Positions 18,921 through 29,115 of a stretch of DNA of 64,000 nucleotides are shown one piece after another (position 1 is the stretch's first letter; each line of letters begins with the position of its first letter). The stretch comes from a virus, in the IMG/VR virus record IMGVR_UViG_3300045988_159436; one strand, 5' to 3'. A program made the translations under genes and the position numbers. The notes beneath the pieces are model-generated. The model saw only the letters and a list, made by a program, of their open reading frames with translations. It searched no databases and was not told the DNA's origin.

Positions 18921-19993
18921 CTCCTCAGACTTGTAAAGTAGGAACATTCAAAGAGCTTGAAAGCACAGAAGGTTTTTATATAGCACAAGAGAAGTTAGAT
19001 GGGCATAGAGCGTGTATGCACATAGGGACAGAGTTTAATAGAATAATGTTGCGTGGCTTTTCTAAGAAGACAGGACAAAGAGACGAAGCAACAGATAAAT
19101 TGCCACATTTAAGAGACTTTGATTTGCATACACTGACAGGAACAGTTTTAGATGGTGAGTTAGTTTTTGGAGATGATTCTCACTTTTTTGAAGTCCAGAA
19201 AGTTATTGGAGCAACGCCTGAAAATGCAATAGCATTTCAGAAAAAAAATGGATATTTAACTTTTAAAGTATTTGACATTGTTTATTATAATGGTAAAGAT
19301 ATAAAAGACTTACCTCTTATTGAGCGGTTAAAAATTTTAGATAATATTAGATATATGTTTAGTGATTATATCAAAATGGTGCCAAGTTATTTTATAGAGA
19401 ATTGTAAAACACAGGGGGCTATTTTTGAATTAACCCAAGATGTTAGAAAGCCTACTAAATCTTTTGCAGACCTTTTAACGTTTTTTTGGTCTTGCGGTAA
19501 AGAGGGATTGGTATTGAAAGATATTTTTGCACCCTATGTAGAAAAAAGGAGCGGTAATTTTTTGAAGTATAAGAGTATAAAAACAGCAGACTTAGTTATT
19601 ATGGGGTTTGAATCACCATCAAGTCTTTATAATGGTAAATTAAGTGATGATGATTTATTATTAAAGTGGAAATATTGGGAAACAACAAGTTTTGGAACAA
19701 GGATTCCAGTCACTAAATCCTATTATAATAAATGGGTAGGCGGGGTAGTTTGCGGAGCTTATAAAGATAATAAGTTAGTTTACGTTTGTACTGCAAGTAA
19801 TTTATCAGATGAATTAAAAGCGGAAATAAAAGAGAATGGAAAAGATTCATATATAGGTAAAGTTGTGGAGATACAATATCAGAATTCTTTGATAAGCAAA
19901 GATGGTAGAGTAGTTACGTTAATTAATCCAAGATTCATTAGATTTAGAGAAGATAAGTCTGCTAAAGAATGTTTACAAGGAGATATAACTTGA
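18908..19993 (+). CDS. ATP-dependent DNA ligase
   Basis: motif I KLDGHR, III LDGELV, IV EGLVLK, V FLKYK. Confidence 0.8.
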   Translation: MVDVTPQTCKVGTFKELESTEGFYIAQEKLDGHRACMHIGTEFNRIMLRGFSKKTGQRDEATDKLPHLRDFDLHTLTGTVLDGELVFGDDSHFFEVQKVIGATPENAIAFQKKNGYLTFKVFDIVYYNGKDIKDLPLIERLKILDNIRYMFSDYIKMVPSYFIENCKTQGAIFELTQDVRKPTKSFADLLTFFWSCGKEGLVLKDIFAPYVEKRSGNFLKYKSIKTADLVIMGFESPSSLYNGKLSDDDLLLKWKYWETTSFGTRIPVTKSYYNKWVGGVVCGAYKDNKLVYVCTASNLSDELKAEIKENGKDSYIGKVVEIQYQNSLISKDGRVVTLINPRFIRFREDKSAKECLQGDIT

Positions 19994-20778
19994 AGCGTAA
20001 AGAAGATATAATATTTGAGGATTTACGAAAACATATCGTAACCTTTAGAACAGATGAAGAGGTAGCCTATTTCACAAACCTTTCAGATATTCATTGGGGT
20101 CTTTGTAACAGAGAATTATTTATAGAGACATTCAATTATTTAATGTCAATTCCTAATATGTATGTGGGCATAGGGGGAGATGCAGGAAATGGTGCAACAA
20201 AGCTTTCTAAGTCTGATGTTACAGAAGAGTGGTCAATAGGTGATAAACAGGTATACGAGTTAGCAGAAATAATGAAGCCTTATGCTGATAGAATTTTGTA
20301 TATTATAGATGGAAACCATTGGGCAGGAAGAAGGAAACATGATTCATATTTTACTCCTGAACTTATGTTAGCAACATTGATAGGTAAGCCTGAAATTTAT
20401 ATGGCAGAGTTTTGTTTTCTCTATTTTAATGTAGGCAGTAATTGTTATATTCATTTTGTTCAACATCAAGCACCAAAACGAGATGGTGTTTGGGATTGGA
20501 TAAACGCTACTGTTATATGGCGAGAACATCATCATCAGCGGTATAAAAAAGAGCGAGTAGTAATAGAGCACAATAAGTTCACAAAAGAGCCTAGACCAGA
20601 GATTACATATGAGGTTTGGGGGGGAACTTTCCAAGTATATCCATCATATGCTAAAACAAAAGGATATAGAGTTGGGATTCCTGGCTGTTATGTTGCAGAG
20701 ATGCGTGGAGAGCGGAAAAAGAAAATATTTTTATGGACAGATGATGAATTTATTCATTTAATGTCAAAAAAAGAATAA
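19990..20778 (+). CDS. calcineurin-like metallophosphoesterase (TTG start coupled to ligase stop; ATG at 19969 alternative)
   Basis: DIHWG ... GIGGDAGNG ... IIDGNHW. Confidence 0.55.
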   Translation: MKRKEDIIFEDLRKHIVTFRTDEEVAYFTNLSDIHWGLCNRELFIETFNYLMSIPNMYVGIGGDAGNGATKLSKSDVTEEWSIGDKQVYELAEIMKPYADRILYIIDGNHWAGRRKHDSYFTPELMLATLIGKPEIYMAEFCFLYFNVGSNCYIHFVQHQAPKRDGVWDWINATVIWREHHHQRYKKERVVIEHNKFTKEPRPEITYEVWGGTFQVYPSYAKTKGYRVGIPGCYVAEMRGERKKKIFLWTDDEFIHLMSKKE

Positions 20779-20805
20779 AAAATTAAAATATTTTAAAAAA
20801 ATCTA

Positions 20806-20834
20806 TTGACAAATCTATAAATTTATGGTATAAT
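20806..20834 (+). promoter_or_regulatory. sigma70-type promoter
   Basis: TTGACA-17-TGgTATAAT. Confidence 0.7.
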
Positions 20835-20865
20835 AATAACACAATGAAAAGAGTGATGAAATAAT

Positions 20866-20979
20866 ATGAAACGTATTTCAAAGCGTGAGTATGATAAATT
20901 ACAGCAAAAAGAACGTGAAACAGGCAAACGATTAACTTTTAGAAGCAAAAATGGATATTGGATTATAGGGAGACATTAA
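20866..20979 (+). CDS. small basic protein (37 aa)
   Basis: ATG after promoter, followed by terminator. Confidence 0.35.
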   Translation: MKRISKREYDKLQQKERETGKRLTFRSKNGYWIIGRH

Positions 20980-20994
20980 CCTATATATTATAAT

Positions 20995-21029
20995 AAACCT
21001 AGTATTCTTTACTAGGTTTATTTATTTTT
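20995..21029 (+). terminator. rho-independent terminator
   Basis: aaacctagt-attcttt-actaggttt + T-run. Confidence 0.65.
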
Positions 21030-21043
21030 AGATAGAGGTATTT

Positions 21044-22651
21044 ATGGCACAAGATATGTTTTCGACTACAGAATTAGTTAATAAAATTTTTGATTTTTGC
21101 TATCTTTTGTCAGGCAAAGAAATGTTTTCGTATCAAGCACATTTCAGCAAGAGAATTATAAGAGCAGTAATAGAAAATGATTCTGAGACTTTAACAGCTT
21201 TAATGTCTCGTCAGAGTGGAAAGAGCTTTACAGTTAGTAATACTGTTTCAGGCTTAATTATTTTTCTTCCAATATTGGCAAATATGCCAATGTTCTCTGA
21301 TGATAAAAGATTTAGATTATTTAAAGATGGTGTAATGGTAGGAATCTTTGCTCCAACAAAAGCGCAATCACAGATTATATTTGAAAACATAAAAGATTGT
21401 GTTTCTTGTTCTTCTGCATTAGAAGTATTAACAAATCCTGATTTTAATGTAAGGTTCGGAACATTTAATGGTGAAAAGATAACATTAGAGTTTAACAACT
21501 TAAATATAAAATCTACCGTTACTTGCAAAAGTGCAAGTGAGGGTTCAAATATAGAAGGTGGTTCATACCATATTTTAATATGTGATGAAGCACAGGATAT
21601 TAGTAATTTTAAATTTAAAAAGTCTATTTTCCCAACAGTTTCATTTTATAATGGAACAAAGATTTTAATTGGAACACCTAATATTAGCAAGAACTTTTTT
21701 TATGACACTATTCAGTTAAATAAAAAACGCTGGGAAAATGAGGAAATAAGATTAAAAAGCCATTTTGAATTTGATTGTGATGTGGTAGTAAAAGCTAATC
21801 CACATTATGCTAAGACTTTAGAATCAGCTAAAATGATTTTAGGGGAAAATAGCGAAGAATATCAAATGAGTTATAAATTAAAATGGATGTTCCAATATGG
21901 AATGTTTATAGATGCCAATAAGTTCATTGAAGAACCTATAGCAATGAAAGATAAAGATAGAGAATATATATGTTATGATACTCAGTGCATAGTAGGAATT
22001 GATATAGGTAAGTCACAGGACAGCACAGTAGTAACAGTGGGACTTCCAGATTATACAAATCCTATAATAGTAGAGCAAGCAACAGAAGCAGGAGTTCCTG
22101 ACTATGTTTTATATGATGTGAGAATTTTAGACTGGTTAGAAATAGTTGGAGACAATTATGAAGAGCAGTATTATAAGATAATGGATTTCTTGAAGAATTT
22201 TACAGTTAAAGGTATTGTAGTAGATGGAACAGGAGTAGGTGCGCCAGTTGTTGATAGACTTGCGGCTAATTTAAAATGTCCTGTTGTGCCTTTTGTGTTT
22301 ACAGTTCCTTCAAAATCTGCATTAATGAAATATTTTGATGCTTACTTAAAAGCTAATTGCTTCCATTATCCAGCTTCTCCTAAAACTGCCGAAACAGTAG
22401 AATTTAAAAAATTTCAAGAGCAGTTTTTGGAATTGCAAAAAGAGTACCAAAATAATCATTTGGTAGTGCGACATCCAAAAGAAAGAAATAAGCACGATGA
22501 TTACCCTTTTAGTGCCGCATTAATGGTGTGGGGATTAAAAACGGAAATGGGAGCACCAGAATTAGTTACAGAAAATGAGTTCTTTAAAACAAATTCTAGT
22601 AGCTATCATTTCACAAATAGATTAAATCAAAGATTAAGAAGAAGGTGGTGA
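21044..22651 (+). CDS. terminase large subunit
   Basis: ATPase Walker B LICDEAQDI; size and position before portal. Confidence 0.75.
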   Translation: MAQDMFSTTELVNKIFDFCYLLSGKEMFSYQAHFSKRIIRAVIENDSETLTALMSRQSGKSFTVSNTVSGLIIFLPILANMPMFSDDKRFRLFKDGVMVGIFAPTKAQSQIIFENIKDCVSCSSALEVLTNPDFNVRFGTFNGEKITLEFNNLNIKSTVTCKSASEGSNIEGGSYHILICDEAQDISNFKFKKSIFPTVSFYNGTKILIGTPNISKNFFYDTIQLNKKRWENEEIRLKSHFEFDCDVVVKANPHYAKTLESAKMILGENSEEYQMSYKLKWMFQYGMFIDANKFIEEPIAMKDKDREYICYDTQCIVGIDIGKSQDSTVVTVGLPDYTNPIIVEQATEAGVPDYVLYDVRILDWLEIVGDNYEEQYYKIMDFLKNFTVKGIVVDGTGVGAPVVDRLAANLKCPVVPFVFTVPSKSALMKYFDAYLKANCFHYPASPKTAETVEFKKFQEQFLELQKEYQNNHLVVRHPKERNKHDDYPFSAALMVWGLKTEMGAPELVTENEFFKTNSSSYHFTNRLNQRLRRRW

Positions 22652-22655
22652 TAGT

Positions 22656-24239
22656 TTGGATTTGGTATCAGGTTATCGTTCACTTTTAACAAAAATGGTA
22701 GAACCATTTGTTAGACTGAATGATAAAACTTCTTATTTAGGAGAAGCAGACCTTGCAAGGCTTGCTGAATATGAGAAGTTTTGGAATTTCTTTTTAGGGT
22801 ATCATTTTGATTATATCGCCACTAGCGAAGATTCACCACAAACCACTCAAAATTGGTGCAGACGTTTTGTAAATAAATATGTTAGCACTGAATTTAATGG
22901 TGGTTTTACTTTTAAATTTGATAAAGAGTTTGAAAAAGATATACAAAGTTTTGTAAACGGAATATGGGATGACAATAATGGCTCGGAGCTAATGATGAAT
23001 GTTGGGCAGTGCAAATCTGTTACAGGAGATGCTTATATTCATGTTCATTATGAAAGTCCTAGCGAAATTAACGACCCTTTTGGAATGTATCCTAAAGGAA
23101 GAATACGTTTATTTAGTATCCCTTCAAGTATTGTTTTTCCCAAATATAAAGATGGGTATAATGGTTCTCCCGATGCTTTAGAGTCGGTGTCTATTATTTA
23201 TAATGTTGAGAGAGAACCAGCTTTATTTACTGGTAAAAAAACAATTACAATTAAATATATTTATACTAAAGACGAGGTAAGGAAACAAGAAGATGGAAAA
23301 GATGATGTGGTTATTCCTAACCCATATGGGATTATTCCAATCGTACATTTTAGAAATTTACCCTTGTCTGGCTCTAATTTCGGTTTATCTGACTTAGAAG
23401 ATATTATACCATTAAACTTAGAGTTAAACGCTAAATGTTCTGATGTTTCTGAAATATTAACTTATCATGCCGCACCAACAACAATTATTACTGGTGCAAG
23501 AATAGCTAATCTTGAAAGAGGCGCAAATAACGTTTGGGGTGGATTGCCTAAAGATGCTAAAGTGTTCAATTTGGAACTGCAAGGAGATTTAGGTGCAAGC
23601 ATAAGTTATATTGGTAACACTAAAACTAATATGTTTGAGATTGCTAATATGCCTAAATTAGCTATAGGTGGAGAAGCACCGCCTGCAAATTTAAGTGGAA
23701 CAGCTTTTCAAATAGCTTTTATGCCTTTAATAGATTTAATAAAGACAAAACAAGTAATGACAGGAGCTTCTGTTCAACTTGTGAATAAAATCATTCTATT
23801 AATTGGTTTAAAAGAAAAGATGATTTCTGTAAAAGAGTCAGATAGGTTTAAATTATTTACTCATAGAGTTGTTTTTGGAGATATTTTGCCCCGAGATATG
23901 GTTCAAGAATTGAGTCAAATTCAGCAAGAAATGAAAGCTGGATTAGAGAGCAGAGAAAATGCTTTAGAAAGACTTAAAAAGGATTCTCCACAAGCATTAC
24001 TTAAAGAGATAGATAAAGATAGTAAAGAAAATCCTTTATATTATGGAATTGCTCCTGTAAGTATGCCAGCAGGAAATAGATTAGTAAATCCTGCCGATGG
24101 TTCAGTAATGTTAGAACCAGAGAAGGAAGAAATTCCAGTAGAAAATAATGCTAATCCTCAAATGGATTTTAAAAATAAGGTTGGAACTAATAGAGATGGT
24201 AAAGAAAAAAAACTCTTTACTGGATTAGAGAAAACCTAA
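22656..24239 (+). CDS. portal protein
   Basis: size/position; TTG start with RBS. Confidence 0.65.
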   Translation: MDLVSGYRSLLTKMVEPFVRLNDKTSYLGEADLARLAEYEKFWNFFLGYHFDYIATSEDSPQTTQNWCRRFVNKYVSTEFNGGFTFKFDKEFEKDIQSFVNGIWDDNNGSELMMNVGQCKSVTGDAYIHVHYESPSEINDPFGMYPKGRIRLFSIPSSIVFPKYKDGYNGSPDALESVSIIYNVEREPALFTGKKTITIKYIYTKDEVRKQEDGKDDVVIPNPYGIIPIVHFRNLPLSGSNFGLSDLEDIIPLNLELNAKCSDVSEILTYHAAPTTIITGARIANLERGANNVWGGLPKDAKVFNLELQGDLGASISYIGNTKTNMFEIANMPKLAIGGEAPPANLSGTAFQIAFMPLIDLIKTKQVMTGASVQLVNKIILLIGLKEKMISVKESDRFKLFTHRVVFGDILPRDMVQELSQIQQEMKAGLESRENALERLKKDSPQALLKEIDKDSKENPLYYGIAPVSMPAGNRLVNPADGSVMLEPEKEEIPVENNANPQMDFKNKVGTNRDGKEKKLFTGLEKT

Positions 24240-24457
24240 CCTTCAAAAAAGGTATAATATAGATACTTTATAAAAGAAGGAGGTGGTAGAGTGTCAGCGG
24301 AGAAATATATGAAGCCATCAAATGCTAATACAAATATTACCCCAGCGGTAAAGTTGCAGGTTGATAAAAAACCTGCTAACAGGATGCCTACCAATGGTAC
24401 AAAGGTTTCAATGAAACCACAAGGTAAGTAATTGTTATTTATTAGGAGGAAGAATTA

Positions 24458-25144
24458 ATGTCAGAAGAAGAAAAGGGTACACAAGTGACTGGTCAAGAAC
24501 CTGCACCAGCGCAGAACACACAAACACAAGTAGATATAGATGCGTTATTGTCCAAAGCGAGGGAGCAGGAAAAAGCAAAACTGTATCCTGAGATTGAGAA
24601 ATTAAAAGGTGAGCTAAAAATTAAAAGTGAAAAGCTTAATGCTGAGATTTTAAAATCCAATGGACTTGAAGATACTGTAGCAGAAAGAGATAAAGAGATA
24701 ACACGGCTTAAAGACTTGATTGAAAAAGCAAAACAGGAGGGACAATCTTTGGGTAAAGAAGAATTGGAAGCTCTCACAAAAGAGCGGGATGAATTAAAAG
24801 CAGAGGTAGAAAAAGCTAGAGCTGAATTTGAAGCTTACAAACAATCACAAGAAGTGGAAGCATATAAAGCTTCTAAATTAAGTGATATTGACGAAGATTT
24901 CAAAGACTTAGTAATAGGTTCTACTAAGGAAGAAATTGATAGTACATATGCAAAAGCAAAAGCTTTGCAAGATAAAGTTAAAGAAAAATATAAACCAAAT
25001 CTGGGATTACCAACACCAGATATGAATAATATTTTTGAATCAAAAAATAAAGATGCTTTAGCATTTGTCAGAGACATGGATAACCAAACTTATGAAGCTT
25101 TGCGAAAAGTAATGTTTGGAGATTCAGGAAATCGTAAATTTTAA
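24458..25144 (+). CDS. scaffolding protein (acidic coiled coil)
   Basis: composition and position before capsid gene. Confidence 0.6.
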   Translation: MSEEEKGTQVTGQEPAPAQNTQTQVDIDALLSKAREQEKAKLYPEIEKLKGELKIKSEKLNAEILKSNGLEDTVAERDKEITRLKDLIEKAKQEGQSLGKEELEALTKERDELKAEVEKARAEFEAYKQSQEVEAYKASKLSDIDEDFKDLVIGSTKEEIDSTYAKAKALQDKVKEKYKPNLGLPTPDMNNIFESKNKDALAFVRDMDNQTYEALRKVMFGDSGNRKF

Positions 25145-25161
25145 TAGGAGTGATTTTTTAA

Positions 25162-25834
25162 ATGTCTGAAAACCAAACACCAAAATTCCCAACAGCGAAT
25201 GATATTAATACAATTATTCGTGAGGGTGGTACTGAATTAGCCGCAGGTAATGCGATTCGCTTAATTAACGAATTAAAACCTGTGTATTCTAGAGAATTAG
25301 ACTATCAAGCTGAACCAGTTATGAGATTTTATCAGTTTGCGGCTGTAAAAACTGAGTTAATGACTCAACCTGGCAATACTATAAAAATGTTGACTTACAA
25401 AAACTTAGAGTTGCCGCCAGAATTGCTTGAAGGTGAGAGAATTAAATCTCAAACTTTAAGCTCTACAATGAAAGAAATTGTTGTTACAGAGCATGGTACT
25501 GCAACAGCAATTACTTCATTATCTTTACAGTTCTCTTTTGTTGACCAGATGGCTAACAGCTTAAAATTGCTGGGCAGAAATATTGGTCACGCAATCGAAT
25601 GTGAATTGAGAGATACTGCTTGCACAGGTGATGTAGGCACTTCTAAAATTTTTGGACGTAAAAAAGATGCGGCTAAAATTTCTGCAAGAGGTGATATTGC
25701 CACAGGTGCAAATGAATTATCAGTAGCAACTATTAAAGATGCTGTTGAAATTCTGTCAACTAACAATGCACCGAAAATTGGTGGCAATTATTACATTTGC
25801 TTCGTACATCCTTATTGTGGGGACTTGGCGGCGT
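25162..25834 (+). CDS. major capsid protein exon 1 (HK97-fold-like)
   Basis: ..TIKDAVEILSTNNAPK..GNYYICFVHPY.. then stop immediately inside intron. Confidence 0.65.
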
Positions 25835-26726
25835 AAGTCGTCTTGAAAAATAACGTGAAAACATGGAAGCCTAAGTCAGAGTTGTTCACTGATAAGGTAA
25901 TCATGTGAGAAGGCAGGATACATTAATGAATAGCTTACAGCAAGAAATTTTAATAGGAAAATTGTTGGGAGATGGAAGCATCTCTAAAGTATCAGAAAAA
26001 ACAGCAAGATTTAATATAGGTCAGTCTATAAAACAAGAAGATTATGTCAATCACCTTTATGGCATATTTAAAGATATGTGTGGTACTCCACCGAGAAAAC
26101 AGAAAAGTGGAGAATATACTACAGTTTATTTTAACTCATTGTCTTCTTTTGAATTAATGGACATTTATAAGCTATTTGTAAATGACGGTATAAAAGGAGT
26201 TCCTCAAAATATTGAAGAATTACTGACAGTAAGAGGGTTAGCTTATTGGTTTATGGATGATGGGACAAGTTCCTATGTTTCCATAACAAAAAGATTAAAA
26301 ACCAGAAATGCTTTTGCAATGTTTTGTACTGATGCGTTTAACGATAAAGATATAGATTTATTGAGAAATGCTTTGTTCAAAAACTTCGGAATCAAAAGTA
26401 GTGTGGCTAGTCCAAAATCAAGAAAAGGAAAAAGAATTTATATTGGAACAGATGAGACCCAGAAACTCTTTGATTTAATTGAGCCTTTTATAATCGACAG
26501 TATGTCATATAAAATAAAAAGACCTTACATACTGTAAAATATCTGTGCCCTTGCAACGACTATGGACGTTACTTCCTTGAAAAGAGGAAGATGAGATAGT
26601 CTGGACTTATAGGAAACTATAAGAGGGGATTCCGTTAGGGAGTTGTACGCCCTACATTGAAGTGTTTCCCCCGCCAAGAAATTGGTCATAAAAGTAACAG
26701 ATAGCATCAATCAAGAACATTGCGGG
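25835..26726 (+). mobile_element. group I-like intron A in capsid gene carrying LAGLIDADG HEG
   Basis: 5' region cgtgaaaacatggaa..atcatgtgagaagg repeated in intron B; 3' core gagatagtctg..aagagggg..cccgccaagaaattggtca. Confidence 0.5.
25905..26537 (+). CDS. LAGLIDADG homing endonuclease
   Basis: LLGDGSISK and YWFMDDGTSS. Confidence 0.8.
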   Translation: MRRQDTLMNSLQQEILIGKLLGDGSISKVSEKTARFNIGQSIKQEDYVNHLYGIFKDMCGTPPRKQKSGEYTTVYFNSLSSFELMDIYKLFVNDGIKGVPQNIEELLTVRGLAYWFMDDGTSSYVSITKRLKTRNAFAMFCTDAFNDKDIDLLRNALFKNFGIKSSVASPKSRKGKRIYIGTDETQKLFDLIEPFIIDSMSYKIKRPYIL

Positions 26727-26756
26727 ATGACCCAGCTTGGATGAAGACAGCGGCGT
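26727..26756 (+). CDS. putative capsid mini-exon (~10 codons, YDPAWMKTAA); boundaries uncertain
   Basis: in-frame join satisfying U/G splice rules; gcggcgt 5' splice context duplicated at 25828-25834 and 26750-26756. Confidence 0.3.
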
Positions 26757-26892
26757 AAGCCGATAGCATTAGTCCACTTGTGCAGAAATGCACTCGATTA
26801 AACTTCGTGAAAACATGGAACTCCTAAACCGAAAGGCATGGCAATCATGTGAGAAGGTTATGTGAAAATCTATTTTAAAAGGAGTAACGAAA

Positions 26893-27477
26893 GTGAAACA
26901 AGTAATTAAAGATTATCCAAATTATTTGATAACTACATCTGGAAAAGTTCTTTCCGCTTATAAAGGGGGAGAAGAGCTAGTTCCTAGAGTTGGAACTAGA
27001 GGATACGCTTATGTAAATCTTTATAACGAAAAAGGCAGAAAAACAAAAAAGATACATAGACTTGTAGCTGAAACGTTTATACCTAACCCAGAAAATAAGC
27101 CTATGGTAAATCATAAAGACGGAAACAAGTTAAATAATCATGTAGAGAATTTAGAATGGGTAACACCCTCTGAAAATGCTCAACATGCTGTTGATAATGG
27201 GTTGCTGTCTTTTGATACAGAAGCACATAAAAGAGCTTCTCGTGAAAATGGCAAAATGTTTGGTGGAAGGTGTGGCAGAAAGATTTTCGCCATGAATGTT
27301 ATAAATGGATATATAAAAACTTTTAAGAGCGTGTCAGAAGCTGTGAAATATTTAAATGTGACAGAAAACTCATTAAGAACAGCTCTTAAAAAAAGTAAGT
27401 GTATAAATGGTTATCATGTTTGGTATACAGATACCCTTGCAACGACTATGGACGAAGAGCCCAAAATAGGGTTATGA
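26893..27477 (+). CDS. HNH homing endonuclease (NUMOD4 + HNH_3 + AP2-like)
   Basis: PNYLITTSGKV.., HHKDGNKLNNHVENLEWVTPSEN. Confidence 0.8.
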   Translation: MKQVIKDYPNYLITTSGKVLSAYKGGEELVPRVGTRGYAYVNLYNEKGRKTKKIHRLVAETFIPNPENKPMVNHKDGNKLNNHVENLEWVTPSENAQHAVDNGLLSFDTEAHKRASRENGKMFGGRCGRKIFAMNVINGYIKTFKSVSEAVKYLNVTENSLRTALKKSKCINGYHVWYTDTLATTMDEEPKIGL

Positions 27478-27727
27478 GATAGTCTAACCTTGTGGGAAAC
27501 CGCAAGAGGGTTACTCAGGTGTAAAGACACCTTAAAGAAGTAGTAGCCCCGCCAAGAAATTGGTCAGTACCCTTAACGTAGTGGGGGAAAGTAATAGGAA
27601 CTGTAATGCAAGTAACTACGGCGCACCAGAACAGTTATTTAGCGGTAGATTTTGCCGCTGTGCTTGAATAAAAACAAGTACAAAGAACTCTGCTAAACGG
27701 TTGGCTTTAAAAAGCCTATGAATTATC

Positions 27728-27756
27728 TTGACAATCAGGAAACAATATGGTATAAT
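27728..27756 (+). promoter_or_regulatory. sigma70-type promoter inside capsid intron
   Basis: TTGACA-17-TGgTATAAT. Confidence 0.6.
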
Positions 27757-27989
27757 GTTAAGCTAATAAGTGAACCCCAATGGGGCAATACCGTACTAAA
27801 GAAGTCATTTATATGAGATATAAATTGACTGAAAAAGTCTAACGACTATACACAGAGTACCTTGAATGTTTAACATGGGTAAAGAGATAGTCTGACCACA
27901 TAGGTAACTATGTGAGGGGTAGTCAAGTGTAAAGACACTTATAGAAGCACGCCCCCGCTTACTTTTGTAAGTAAAATGGGTATTTACCG

Positions 27990-28312
27990 CCCATAGTAAC
28001 AATTTGGAAATCGGTAGAATAGATGATGTTCGTTTTATTGAGACAACTATGATGCCTAATGGTGCCGCACCTGCTGGTGATAATATCGCTGGTTATAAAG
28101 CTGATTTAAAGGGTGCAGGCAAAAATAGCATTGATGTATACCAAGCTGTTTTATTTGGTGAAGATTACTACGCTATGGCAGTAGCTTTACCGCCTGAAAT
28201 CAGAACAGATACTCCACAAGATTTCCAACGTGAGTTAAAACTCGGTTGGTATGGAATTTGGGGCACTAAATCCTTGAATCCTACTCATGGCGTTATCATT
28301 GAAACTGCTTAA
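27990..28312 (+). CDS. major capsid protein terminal exon (..HSNNLEIGRIDDVRFIETTMMP..)
   Basis: GxIGxxxxVRFIET motif typical of HK97-like capsid C-termini; no ATG/RBS of its own. Confidence 0.65.
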
Positions 28313-28335
28313 TAAATGAGCAGGGAGGGGATTAA

Positions 28336-28800
28336 ATGGCTGAAAAATTAACGGATACTGATGTATTCTATATGGAGCAAGCCCCAGAAGTTGTTGCCAG
28401 TAAAACAGGAGCTGACGTCAATGACGTGTTCTTCGCAGAACAAGACCCTAGTAAATTGGCAAAAACTCTTGATGTCTCAGAGGATTCTGTATTTCATTAC
28501 AAGCAAGACCCAAATCTGCTTGCTAATGAGTATGCTGGTGGGGATACCCCTACGCCAGTTACGCTGGTAAGCATAGCGGTAACAACACCGCCCACAAAAA
28601 CAACATATGCAATCGGTGAAGCATTAGACATCACTGGTATGGTTGTAACTGGAACTTACAGCGATTCTAGCACTAAAGTTGAAACTGTGACAACAGATAA
28701 TGTTACAGGCTTTGATAGTGCAGAAGCTGGCGAAAAAACTTGTACTGTAACTGTAAGTGGCAAAACTGCTACATTCACTGTTACAGTATCAGCTTCATAA
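28336..28800 (+). CDS. head decoration/Ig-like (Big_3-type) domain protein
   Basis: C-terminal Ig-like domain shared with major tail protein. Confidence 0.5.
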   Translation: MAEKLTDTDVFYMEQAPEVVASKTGADVNDVFFAEQDPSKLAKTLDVSEDSVFHYKQDPNLLANEYAGGDTPTPVTLVSIAVTTPPTKTTYAIGEALDITGMVVTGTYSDSSTKVETVTTDNVTGFDSAEAGEKTCTVTVSGKTATFTVTVSAS

Positions 28801-28811
28801 GAACCTTTTAA

Positions 28812-28842
28812 GGGAAGGGGATAATTCCCTTCCCTATTTTTA
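28812..28842 (+). terminator. rho-independent terminator
   Basis: gggaagggg-ataa-ttcccttccc + T-run. Confidence 0.7.
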
Positions 28843-28848
28843 TAATAT

Positions 28849-29103
28849 ATGGAGGATTTAAAATTGGCTAGAAATCAAACACCAGAAGTTAAAGAAGTGG
28901 CTAAAGAAGCAGTAGTAGATTTAGACGTTTTAGAAGTTAAAGAAGTAAAACCTGTTGCCAAAACAGTAGAAGTTCGCACTAAAATTGATGTAGAATTTTA
29001 TTTTGGAGATGCTTGGGTTTATATGAAAAAAGGGCAAACCTACAAAGTATCACAGGAATTAAAAAATTATTTAGCTGAGAGAAACGCTTTAGACGTTTTA
29101 TAA
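28849..29103 (+). CDS. hypothetical head protein
   Basis: ORF track. Confidence 0.4.
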   Translation: MEDLKLARNQTPEVKEVAKEAVVDLDVLEVKEVKPVAKTVEVRTKIDVEFYFGDAWVYMKKGQTYKVSQELKNYLAERNALDVL

Positions 29104-29115
29104 GGGAGGGGTAAT

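Larger units (their letters stand above)
26757..27989 (+). mobile_element. group I-like intron B (possibly two tandem/nested introns) with HNH HEG, an internal consensus promoter, and a degenerate duplicate of the 3' exon junction
   Basis: two further copies of the intron 3' core at 27475 and 27883. Confidence 0.45.

Noticed and set aside
24493-25077. Minus-strand ORFs inside the scaffold gene
   Set aside because: Antisense to a well-supported coiled-coil gene.
27805-28002. Minus-strand 65-aa ORF
   Set aside because: Inside the capsid intron/3' splice region; low-complexity, no RBS.
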